NCBI GenBank assembly: GCA_036149055.1 | Contig: JAYZQJ010000004.1 | Coordinates: 1 to 64,000, forward strand | Origin: Myxococcota bacterium | GTDB taxonomy: Bacteria > Myxococcota_A > Polyangia > Polyangiales > Sandaracinaceae | Length of the DNA stretch: 64,000 nt | Reading direction: 5' to 3' | In this document: piece by piece, positions 9,187 through 17,849 of the stretch | Layout of the letters: each line of letters starts with the position of its first letter | Position numbering within the stretch: position 1 is the first letter of the stretch | Notes under the pieces: generated by a model | What the model was told of the DNA's origin: nothing | Database searches by the model: none | The model's input: only the letters and a program-made list of their open reading frames with translations | Program-made: the position numbers and the translations under genes

Positions 9187-9486
9187 TCAGCTGCCGTAGG
9201 CGAGCCAGGTGACGGTCACGTTCATCACCTTCATGTAGCCGTTGGTCTTCACCTCGAGCTTCATCTTGTCGTGCTCGGTCTTCACCACGCGCACGGCGAG
9301 GCGGAAGTTCTCGTCGTCCTTGCTGCGGGCCTCGAAGCCGGCGAGGGAGACGCTCGCGGTGGGCGGGACGGCGAAGGGCTCGGGGTACTTCACCACCCAG
9401 CGGTGGGTGCGCGGGCCGTGGCCCTTGTGGAGCTCCCAGTCGGAGTCGTCGTTCCCCATCTTCGCGGTGCCGGTCTGGATCTTCAT
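9187..9486 (-). CDS. Stand-alone H-type lectin domain protein
   Basis: V.Y.EPF..PP...VSL.GF, R..V.V, C-terminal V.WLAYG. Confidence 0.7.
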   Translation of the reverse strand: MKIQTGTAKMGNDDSDWELHKGHGPRTHRWVVKYPEPFAVPPTASVSLAGFEARSKDDENFRLAVRVVKTEHDKMKLEVKTNGYMKVMNVTVTWLAYGS

Positions 9487-9575
9487 GCAGCCAGCACGGT
9501 AGGCAGCGGCCGACGGCACCGTCAACGTGATTTCGAGGGCAGGACCCCGGGCGGTTCGGCGTATCCTCGCCGGCC

Positions 9576-10037
9576 ATGGGGCGGAGCGTCATCGCGGGGA
9601 GGCGGGAGCTGCCGAAGAAGCGGAACCTCAAGAAGGTGCCCTTCGTCGAGCTCGCGCCGGGCAGGCTGCAGGGCGTCGTGTCGAGCGGGTCGGACGCCAA
9701 GCGGGTGTACGTCTCGTTCGTCGACGCGGGCAGCACCGACTTCTACTGCAGCACCAACAACAACCGCCCGTGCGGTGGGCTGCGGGGCGCGCCCTGCAAG
9801 CACATCCAGGCGATGATCGACAACGCGGTCGCGCAGTATGGCGGGGCGCGGGTCGCCAAGCACCTCGGCATCGCCGAGGCCGCCGACGCCCGGGCGATCC
9901 GGAGCGGGATCCGGGGCGCCCAGAACAAGCAGCCGGCGAGCGAGGTCTTCAGCCGCTTCCTCGCCTACCTCCGCTACGTCGAGCTCGACGGGACGCGGGA
10001 GCCGATGCCCGAGCTGAGCTGGTTCGTGACCGGATGA
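9576..10037 (+). CDS. SWIM-type zinc-finger-like protein
   Basis: YC-x-NNRPC...PCKHI; first gene of a translationally coupled operon. Confidence 0.65.
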   Translation: MGRSVIAGRRELPKKRNLKKVPFVELAPGRLQGVVSSGSDAKRVYVSFVDAGSTDFYCSTNNNRPCGGLRGAPCKHIQAMIDNAVAQYGGARVAKHLGIAEAADARAIRSGIRGAQNKQPASEVFSRFLAYLRYVELDGTREPMPELSWFVTG

Positions 10038-11320
10038 GCGCGCTCGACGAGACCCTGCCCGAGGGCGTGCAGGACGCGCTCGACGCGGTGGCGGCGCTGG
10101 ACGCCGGCCTGATCGGCGGGCTGTCGCGGCTCGGCGGCCCCGCGCGGGCGCAGGTGGAGGGGCTGCCCTCGCTCTTCGCCGGGACCCCGCTCGCCCCGGC
10201 GCTCGAGCGGGCCGCCCCGGGCTTCGCCAAGGGCACGCCGACCGACGACGACGTCGCCGCGCTCGCCGCCGCCCGGGCCTCGCTCCTCGGCGCGGTGCAC
10301 GACGCGCTCGTCGCTCAGGCCTGCGCCGCGCTCGGGCTCGAGGCCCCCGCCGACCCTGTCCTCGGCGCGCCGGTCGCCCTCTCGGACGAAGACGAGGCGC
10401 CGCTCCGGAACGCGCGGCACTGGCTCCTCGAGCTCGCGAGCGCCGGCCTCTCGCAGGTGAGCCCGGACGCGGTCGCGCCCTTCGCCTCGACGCTGGAGAC
10501 CCTCGCCGAGCGCCCGGCGCTGCAGCGCGCGGCGGTGATGCTCACCGGCTTCTTCGACGAGCTGGCCGAGGCGCTGCCGCTCGCGAGCCGGGACGACGCG
10601 CCGGTGCCGCGCTGGCCGGATCTCTGGATGCAGAGCGTCATCGCCGCCGGGCCTCGCCTCGCGGTCGAGGAGGCGCCCTTCGAGGGCGCGCTGCTCCCGC
10701 TCGGGGTGGAGCTGCGCCACCACGATCACGCCATCGCGGCGGTGGTGCACGGCGCGCTGGACGGCGCGCTGGTGCGGGCGACGTTCACCGGCTGGAAGGT
10801 CGACGCGCTCCTCGGCGACGAGGCGCTCCGGGTGCTGCCCGCGCCGGCGCTCGAGGCGATGACGAGCGACGTGGCGCTCGCGGTGAAGGGCGTCCGCCGC
10901 GGCGCCGATCTCCTGGTCACCGAGGTGAAGGCGGGCGCGAAGCACGACCCCTACACGCTGGGCGCGCTGCCCTTCACCTGCGCCGCGCCCGCCGACCGGC
11001 ACCCGGTGCAGATCGCGATCCCGGTGGTCTTGCCCGAGTGCCGGGTGTCGGCGGGGCGGGTCGAGCCGCTCGGGGTGCGCCTGGCCGACGAGCGGGTGAG
11101 CCCGCTCTACGCCGCGAAGAAGGGCCAGCTCGAGGAGGCCGACGCGATGATCGGGCTCTTGCGCTGGGACGACGGCTGGGCGCTCCAGCCGCTCGACGCG
11201 AAGATCGGCAAGGACCGCTGGAGCCTCGACGCGGCGGTGACGGCGGCGAAGAAGGCGAGCAAGACCACCGACACCCTGAGCGTGCTGACCGAGCGCGCGG
11301 GCAAGCTCCTGAGGAGCTGA
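10034..11320 (+). CDS. Hypothetical protein of the MoxR/VWA operon
   Basis: ATGA overlap with the upstream gene; TGATG overlap downstream. Confidence 0.75.
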   Translation: MSALDETLPEGVQDALDAVAALDAGLIGGLSRLGGPARAQVEGLPSLFAGTPLAPALERAAPGFAKGTPTDDDVAALAAARASLLGAVHDALVAQACAALGLEAPADPVLGAPVALSDEDEAPLRNARHWLLELASAGLSQVSPDAVAPFASTLETLAERPALQRAAVMLTGFFDELAEALPLASRDDAPVPRWPDLWMQSVIAAGPRLAVEEAPFEGALLPLGVELRHHDHAIAAVVHGALDGALVRATFTGWKVDALLGDEALRVLPAPALEAMTSDVALAVKGVRRGADLLVTEVKAGAKHDPYTLGALPFTCAAPADRHPVQIAIPVVLPECRVSAGRVEPLGVRLADERVSPLYAAKKGQLEEADAMIGLLRWDDGWALQPLDAKIGKDRWSLDAAVTAAKKASKTTDTLSVLTERAGKLLRS

Positions 11321-12768
11321 TGGACGAGCGCGCCGCGAAGAACCGCCGCAGCCTGCTCCTCTGGCGCACCCTCGCCGAGGCGATGGGCAGCGAGCGCGCG
11401 CGGGAGCTCGACCCGGCGGCGACGGAGATCGTCGTGGAGGCCGGCCTGCCGCCGCTCCTGCTCGACGCGCGCCCGTCGGTCGCCCAGGTGGTGCGGCGAC
11501 ACCCCGAGCTCGCGGCGGAGCTCGAGGACGTGGTCCCGGACGCAGAGGGGCCGATCGACGCGGAGTCGCTCCGGCGCACCGCGCTCTTCTCCAAGCTGCT
11601 GCTCAACGTCTTCGCGCCGGGCGCGGGCGACGGGCAGATCGAGGCGAGCCAGTACTCGCAGTGGATCGAGGACGTCGGCGCGTTCGAGAAGGCGCTCGGC
11701 TACCCGCCCGGCGAGCTGATGGGCGGGGCCCCGGCGTCGGGGCGCTCGAGCGGCGCGCCCTCTCCCGCCGGGGTGGACACCCCCGCGTCGGGCGGCGGGC
11801 CCGAGGTGACCGACGAGGACCTGGCGCTCGCGCTGGGCGAGATCCGGCGCGGCCGCGGGCTGATGAGCGAGCCCGAGATCAAGGCGGGGCTCTCCGGCAT
11901 GGAGAAGCGCCTCGTGAACCGGATGGCGCTCCACGAGGTGCTGAAGGATCGCGCCCTCGCCGAGAAGCTCACTCCGTCGATGGCGCTCACCGAGCAGCTG
12001 CTCCGGCAGAAGGGGCGGCTCGAGGGCGAGGCGCTCCGGAACGCCAAGCGGCTGATCCGCCGCTTCGTCGATCAGCTCGCCGATCTGCTGAAGAAGGAGG
12101 TCGTCAGCGCGCCGAAGGGCAAGGTCGACACCTCCATCCCGCCCAAGCGCGTCTTCCGGAACCTGGATCTGAAGAAGACGATCCGGCGGAACCTGACGAA
12201 CTGGGACCCGGACGAGCAGCGCCTCCTCGTCGACCGGCTGTACTACCGGCGCACCGCGACGAAGAAGCAGAACACCCGGCTCATCGTGGTGGTCGACCAG
12301 TCCGGCTCGATGGTGCACGCGATGGTCAACTGCACGATCCTCGCGTCGATCTTCGCGGGCCTGCCGCGGGTCGAGGCCTACCTCTACGCCTTCGACACCG
12401 AGGTCGTCGATCTGTCGCCGTGGGTCGACGACCCGTTCGAGGCGCTGCTCCGCACCCAGCTCGGCGGGGGCAACGACGGGCCCAAGGCGATGCGCGCCGC
12501 GGCCGCCCGGATCCAGGACCCGCGCAAGACGGTGATGGTCTGGATCAGCGACTTCTACGAGTTCCAGAACGACAAGCCGCTCTTCGCGATGATCGAGGCG
12601 GTGAAGCAGTCCGGCGTCACCTTCATCCCCGTCGGCTCGGTCTCGAGCGGCGGCTACTTCAACGTCAACCCGTGGTTCCGGCAGAAGCTCAAGTCGATCG
12701 GCACCCCCGTGGTCAGCGGCAGCCTGAGGACGCTCGTGCGCGAGCTGAAGTCGGCGCTGCCCGTGTGA
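11320..12768 (+). CDS. VWA (CoxE/YehP-like) domain protein
   Basis: LDLKKTIRRNL, MIDAS DQSGS, QLGGGND, ISDFYE. Confidence 0.85.
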   Translation: MDERAAKNRRSLLLWRTLAEAMGSERARELDPAATEIVVEAGLPPLLLDARPSVAQVVRRHPELAAELEDVVPDAEGPIDAESLRRTALFSKLLLNVFAPGAGDGQIEASQYSQWIEDVGAFEKALGYPPGELMGGAPASGRSSGAPSPAGVDTPASGGGPEVTDEDLALALGEIRRGRGLMSEPEIKAGLSGMEKRLVNRMALHEVLKDRALAEKLTPSMALTEQLLRQKGRLEGEALRNAKRLIRRFVDQLADLLKKEVVSAPKGKVDTSIPPKRVFRNLDLKKTIRRNLTNWDPDEQRLLVDRLYYRRTATKKQNTRLIVVVDQSGSMVHAMVNCTILASIFAGLPRVEAYLYAFDTEVVDLSPWVDDPFEALLRTQLGGGNDGPKAMRAAAARIQDPRKTVMVWISDFYEFQNDKPLFAMIEAVKQSGVTFIPVGSVSSGGYFNVNPWFRQKLKSIGTPVVSGSLRTLVRELKSALPV

Positions 12769-12778
12769 GAGAGAGACG

Positions 12779-13903
12779 ATGGCCAAGAAAGAGAAAGCCG
12801 CCCTCCGCCTCCCCGCCGAGGCCCGCTACGCGGACGAGCTCCGCTACCTCGCCGAGGCCGACACCGGCCCGCGCCCCTTCTCCTGGCGCCTGACGCCGAA
12901 GATGGTGCGCGTGTTCGTGCTCGGGAGCCGCCCCGAGGACGGGCTCGACCGCGAGGTCCCGCAGAAGTGGTTCGGGCAGGCCTCGATCGTCGAGCGCGCG
13001 ATCGTGACCCTCGCCTCCGACCGCGGCCTGCTGCTCATCGGCGACCCGGGCACGGGCAAGAGCTGGCTCGCGGAGCTGCTCTCGGCCGCGATCTGCGGCA
13101 CCTCGACCTACGTGGTGCAGGGCACGGCCGGCACGACCGAGGACCAGATCAAGTACTCGTGGAACGTCGCGATGGTCATCGGCAAGGGGCAGACGCGGGC
13201 CGCGCTGATCCCGTCGCCGATCATGACCGCGATGGAGCTCGGCGGGCTCGGCCGCTTCGAGGAGCTGACCCGCTGCACCTCCGACGTGCAGGACGCGCTC
13301 ATCTCGATCCTCAGCGAGAAGTACGTCTCGATCCCCGAGCTCGACGAGGACAACACCGCCTTCGCGCAGCCGGGCTTCAACGTCATCGCCACCGCGAACA
13401 GCCGCGACCGGGGCGTCAACGATCTCTCGAGCGCGCTGAAGCGCCGCTTCAACTTCATCCACATCCCGGTGGTGACGAACAAGAAGCAGGAGCAGGAGAT
13501 CGTGCTCTTCCGGGTGAAGGACCTGCTGAAGCGCAACCAGTTCGAGGTCGAGGTCCCGCCGACGATGCTCGACCTCCTGCTGACGACGTTCCGCGATCTC
13601 CGCGAGGTGATGCGCGCCGCCGACACCGACGACGAGCGCATCGAGAGCGCGCTCTCCACCGCCGAGCAGATCGGCGTGCTCGAGGACGCGGTGCTGCACA
13701 GCCACTTCTTCGGCGCCGCCGAGCTGCGCCCGGACACCCTGGCCTCGTCGCTGGTCGGCACACTGATCCGGCGCCTCCCCGAGGACGTCGCGGTGATGAA
13801 CCGCTTCTGGCACTCGGTGGTCGACAAGCACGCCAAGGACGAGAAGGGCGACTGGGAGCCCTTCCTCGAGGGCGGCAAGCAGGCGATGGCCAGCCTGAAG
13901 TGA
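12779..13903 (+). CDS. MoxR-family AAA+ ATPase (YehL-like)
   Basis: Walker A GDPGTGKS, FEELTR, ATAN.RDRGVN.LSSALKRRFNF. Confidence 0.9.
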   Translation: MAKKEKAALRLPAEARYADELRYLAEADTGPRPFSWRLTPKMVRVFVLGSRPEDGLDREVPQKWFGQASIVERAIVTLASDRGLLLIGDPGTGKSWLAELLSAAICGTSTYVVQGTAGTTEDQIKYSWNVAMVIGKGQTRAALIPSPIMTAMELGGLGRFEELTRCTSDVQDALISILSEKYVSIPELDEDNTAFAQPGFNVIATANSRDRGVNDLSSALKRRFNFIHIPVVTNKKQEQEIVLFRVKDLLKRNQFEVEVPPTMLDLLLTTFRDLREVMRAADTDDERIESALSTAEQIGVLEDAVLHSHFFGAAELRPDTLASSLVGTLIRRLPEDVAVMNRFWHSVVDKHAKDEKGDWEPFLEGGKQAMASLK

Positions 13904-16641
13904 GCGGGCGCCTCGAGACGCTGCGCGAGCAGCTGCTGGCCGCGGCGGCGGCGATGAGCGACGAGCCGCTCGAGGGGCTGCTCTCGGGCATGGCCGACGA
14001 CGTGGCGCGCGCGAGCGCGGAGCGGCTGGAGATCTTCCCGGTGGCCCACCACAGCCCGGCGAGCGCCGTGCACCTCGTGCGGCGGCTCCGGGAGAGGGCG
14101 CCGCGCGTGATCTTCCTCGAGCTCTGCGAGGACCTCGACGCGAAGCTCGACGAGCTCGGCGACTGCAAGCTCCCGGTGGCGCTGCAGGCGTTCGCGCACG
14201 AGACCGACGGCTTCCCGCCCGAGCGCGCGCCGCTGAGCGTGGTGGCGCCCCTGACCGAGCACAGCGCGGAGCTGCAGGCGATCGCGTTCGCGCAGACCCA
14301 CCCGGAGACCGAGATCGTCTTCGTGGACCGCTCGGTCGACCACGTCTTCCAGTGGGAGCGCGACCCGGAGCCGGACGAGGACGTCGAGGAGGAGGACGAG
14401 AGCGCGCGCCTCCACGGCGGCGCGATCGGGGTCGAGGTCGGTCAGCTGATCCCGAGCTTCGCCGCGTTCCGCGAGACGATCTGCGCCCACGCGAAGGTCG
14501 CCCACTGGGCCGAGTGGTGGTCGCTCTACGTCGAGCAGGCCACGCTCGACGCCGACTACCAGACCTACCGCGAGGTCTACTTCCTCATCGGCAGCCTGAT
14601 CCGCCGGCTCGGGGTGCGGCGCGAGCTGCTGGAGATGGACCGCGATCGCGAGCGCTTCATGTGGACCCGCATGAAGGACTGGCTCGAGGCGCACGACGTT
14701 GCGCCCGAAGACGCCTTGCACATCTGCGGCGCGGCGCACGCGGCGAGCGACGTCGAGGAGTTCGGTGTGGACAGCCCGGCGCGCTGGGACCTGCCGCCGC
14801 GCACCGCGACGAAGTGGCTCTACGGCTTCATCCCCTCGAGCCATCACGCCATCGAGCATCAGTTCGGCCACCCGGTCGGCACGATCACCCTGGCGGCGGA
14901 GACCTGGCGCAAGGCGACGAAGGGGCTCTCGCTGACCCCCTTCGCGCTGCCCAGGCCGGGCAAGCCGAAGAAGCCCAGGAAGGCGAAGAAGCCCAAGGCT
15001 CCCGTGGCGATCGAGGGCGGGGTGCTCGGGCTGATGCAGCGGCCGCCCGCGCTCGCCCAGGAGGACCACCAGGAGCTCTTGCGGTGGTGCACGGGCATCG
15101 TCGCGCTCGCCCGGAAGAACGGTTACCTCGCGACCACCGCCGACTCGATCGCGATCTACGAGACCGTCATCCTGCTCGCCCGGCTGCGGGCCCGACGCCA
15201 CCCGAGCGCCTACGACTTCATCGACGCGGCGGTGACCTGCCTCGAGAAGGTGGAGGTCCCCGGCAAGCGCGACGTGCGCCGGCTCTGCGAGATCCTGCTC
15301 GGCGGCGACCGGGTCGGGCAGGTCGGCTACAGCTCGCTGCCGCCGCTGGTGCAGGACGTCTACGACCGGCTCGCCTCGACCGGGGTGGCGCCGGGCAAGT
15401 CGACGGTGACGCGCTGGCTGGTCGACTTCGGCAAGGACCCGGGCAAGCGCGGCTGCTCGGATCTGCTCTGGCGGCTGAGCTGGCTGCTGCCCGGGACGCG
15501 GGTGGCGCGGCCGATCATGGGGCAGCGCGCGCTCGGCGAGCGGTCGCCGCAGGAGAGCTGGGACATCAAGCTCGGGGGCACCGAGCAGCGCCACCTCATC
15601 GAGCTCGCCTACGAGGGCGTGACGGTGGAGCACGTGCTCGAGCGGCGCCTGCGCGAGCACGCCTTCGGGCCCGGGTCGACGACGCTGACCGCGCTCGAGG
15701 CGGCCGAGCGCAGCCTCGCGCTCCTCCACTCGCCGCGGCTGACCGAGGACCTCGGCGAGCGCGCGGTGCACCTCCTGATGGGGGAGCGCGGCGCGGCGGA
15801 CGCGCGGCCGATCTTCGAGCAGGCGCGGCGGCTCGTGCACTTCTACCGCGGCACCCCGAAGGGCCTCGCCGGCTGGCTCGAGCGCTTCGTCACCAGCGGC
15901 TACTCGCACTACGCCAGCCAGCTCCCGGACGCGTTCGCCGACCGCGGCACCAGCCCCGAGCAGCTCGCCGCGATGCTCGCCTTCGTGTTCACGCTCGAGA
16001 GCCTGGCGCTCTCGCTCGGTTGCGACCGGAGCGAGCTGATCATCGCGCTCGAGCAGGCGGAGACCGACGACCCGAACAAGCTCGGGCTGCTCTGGGTGGC
16101 GAGGTGGCTGCTCGATCTCGAGACCGAAGGGGAGCTCCGCGAGCGGCTCGCGCGGGTGCTCGAGAGCCCCCTCCTCCGGCGCGCCTTCCCGGCCTACCTA
16201 GGCGGCCTGCTGCGCGCGCTCGAGCTGTCGCCGCGGGTGAGCGCGATCGCGACCGAGCTGCTGACCCGGGCCTTCGCCGAGCTGCCCGACGCGGTGCTCT
16301 TGCCCTGGCTGCCCGGCCTCTTCCAGACCCTGCAGCCGCTGGCTCGCGACGTCCTGCCCGCGCTCCTCGACGAGCTCACCCGGGTCATGCCGACCCGGCT
16401 CGACGCCCTCGACGCCTGGGCGCCGACCGAGGAGCCGCCGACCGCGCCGTCCGCGCCGATCGCCTCGGCCCCCACCGGCGCCGGCGCGCTCCTCTTCCGC
16501 CACCGCGCGTCGACCTCGGCCCACGCCGCCCGCCTCGGGAGCGCCGCCTCCTGGGACGCGCCCGCCGCGCCCTCGGTGGGGGAGAGCCTCGTGCGCCGCT
16601 ACCCCGCGTCCGTGTCCGCGCACGCCCGCCGGCTCGATTGA
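13900..16641 (+). CDS. DUF5682 / YehM-like protein
   Basis: FPVAHHSPASA, RERFM, ICGAAH; GTGA overlap with the ATPase. Confidence 0.8.
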   Translation: MSGRLETLREQLLAAAAAMSDEPLEGLLSGMADDVARASAERLEIFPVAHHSPASAVHLVRRLRERAPRVIFLELCEDLDAKLDELGDCKLPVALQAFAHETDGFPPERAPLSVVAPLTEHSAELQAIAFAQTHPETEIVFVDRSVDHVFQWERDPEPDEDVEEEDESARLHGGAIGVEVGQLIPSFAAFRETICAHAKVAHWAEWWSLYVEQATLDADYQTYREVYFLIGSLIRRLGVRRELLEMDRDRERFMWTRMKDWLEAHDVAPEDALHICGAAHAASDVEEFGVDSPARWDLPPRTATKWLYGFIPSSHHAIEHQFGHPVGTITLAAETWRKATKGLSLTPFALPRPGKPKKPRKAKKPKAPVAIEGGVLGLMQRPPALAQEDHQELLRWCTGIVALARKNGYLATTADSIAIYETVILLARLRARRHPSAYDFIDAAVTCLEKVEVPGKRDVRRLCEILLGGDRVGQVGYSSLPPLVQDVYDRLASTGVAPGKSTVTRWLVDFGKDPGKRGCSDLLWRLSWLLPGTRVARPIMGQRALGERSPQESWDIKLGGTEQRHLIELAYEGVTVEHVLERRLREHAFGPGSTTLTALEAAERSLALLHSPRLTEDLGERAVHLLMGERGAADARPIFEQARRLVHFYRGTPKGLAGWLERFVTSGYSHYASQLPDAFADRGTSPEQLAAMLAFVFTLESLALSLGCDRSELIIALEQAETDDPNKLGLLWVARWLLDLETEGELRERLARVLESPLLRRAFPAYLGGLLRALELSPRVSAIATELLTRAFAELPDAVLLPWLPGLFQTLQPLARDVLPALLDELTRVMPTRLDALDAWAPTEEPPTAPSAPIASAPTGAGALLFRHRASTSAHAARLGSAASWDAPAAPSVGESLVRRYPASVSAHARRLD

Positions 16642-16656
16642 ACACTCACCGCATCT

Positions 16657-17154
16657 TCACTCTTCGGCGGCGGCGCGCGCCTCGCGCTCGTAGGCGAGCA
16701 CGAGCCCGTCGGCTTCGCGCACGGCGGCGGGGATCTGGCAGCCGGCGACGCGCAGGTCTCCGCCCGGGGCGGCGAAGGTGAGGCGGAAGTCGCAGCCGGA
16801 GTCGGGCGAGAGGGAGGCGCCGCCCGCCGGGTAGCAGCCGGAGGCCTCGTCGTAGACCCCGGTCGCGGTGAGGTCCGCCTCGAGCTGCGCGACGCGCTCG
16901 GCGCCGAGGCTGGGGAGCTCGCGGACCTCGCCTCCCGCGTAGACGCGCGTGAGGCGGCCGTCGCGGTGAATGGTGAGCGGCGGCTCGTAGTCGCCGGCGA
17001 AGCCGATCCAGATGCTGCGGACCACCAGGTAGTCCTGCGCCTCGGGGCCGGGCAGGAGGCGCTCCTCGCAGAGCGGCTCCTCGGCCGGGAGGTAGCCGTC
17101 GACGCAGCCGGTGAGCAGCACGAGGGGGAGGGCGAATCGAAGCGAAGCGGTCAT
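16657..17154 (-). CDS. Lipoprotein, hypothetical
   Basis: LTGC lipobox. Confidence 0.65.
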   Translation of the reverse strand: MTASLRFALPLVLLTGCVDGYLPAEEPLCEERLLPGPEAQDYLVVRSIWIGFAGDYEPPLTIHRDGRLTRVYAGGEVRELPSLGAERVAQLEADLTATGVYDEASGCYPAGGASLSPDSGCDFRLTFAAPGGDLRVAGCQIPAAVREADGLVLAYEREARAAAEE

Positions 17155-17167
17155 GCCCCCGCCTCCA

Positions 17168-17182
17168 GCAAGCTTCGGTCCG
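17168..17182 (-). promoter_or_regulatory. Putative sigma54 promoter
   Basis: CGGACCGAAGCTTGC (GG-N10-GC) ending 14 nt before the ATG. Confidence 0.4.
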
Positions 17183-17238
17183 ACCCCGAACCCGGCGCGG
17201 AGCCCTGTGTCGCCGTGTGCCGACGCGCCGGCCGGTGG

Positions 17239-17682
17239 TCAGATCAGCACGTCGACGGGCGGCGCGCCGTAGGGCGGGCAGCAGCGGTCGGAGAGATCGG
17301 GGCGCACGGGGCGCGGGTGCTTGCGGCCCTCGGCGTGGACGCGCTCGGCGCGGGCGCGATCGGTGGGCTCGTGCACGCGCTCCGCCTCCACGGCGCGGGC
17401 GCTCGGCGGCACCTCGACCTCGGGCGTCGCCCGCACCGGCTGCATCGGCGCCTCGAGCCCTGGATCGACGATCCCCACCGGCTCCGGCGGAGAGGGCGCC
17501 TCGGCGCGGCCTGCACAGGCGCTCAGGGTCACGCCGCCGTAGACGAGGAGCGCGCGGGTCAGGGGGCCGACGCGGGGCGGCTCGCGGACCGACCGGGGCG
17601 GCGCGTGCTCGGCTCCGCAGAAGGGGCAGGCGGCGGAGTCGTCCCGGACGTGGCGGGCGCAGGCGCGGCAGGGGGAGAGCAT
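17239..17682 (-). CDS. Small protein with N-terminal Cys4 ribbon and C-terminal PYGAPP motif
   Basis: CRAC..HV.....CPFCG, hydrophobic segment ending LSAC, CCPPYGAPP. Confidence 0.6.
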   Translation of the reverse strand: MLSPCRACARHVRDDSAACPFCGAEHAPPRSVREPPRVGPLTRALLVYGGVTLSACAGRAEAPSPPEPVGIVDPGLEAPMQPVRATPEVEVPPSARAVEAERVHEPTDRARAERVHAEGRKHPRPVRPDLSDRCCPPYGAPPVDVLI

Positions 17683-17849
17683 GCGGTCTCCGACGTGCCA
17701 CCGGGCGGAAGGGTTCAACCCGGGTCTCCGGTCTCCGGCGGCGCGTCCAGGGCGCCCGGCGCTCGGGTCCAGGGTCCCCAGCGGGGCCCGATTCGAGCCG
17801 CCAACAGCCCCATTTCGAGACGGAACGAAGTCTGCTGTAGGGAGGGGCG

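Noticed and set aside
13108..15909. 933-aa antisense ORF and similar ones (59579-63238, 11107-12786, 35961-38900)
   Set aside because: Antisense or off-frame shadows of well-supported genes, with no recognisable motifs.
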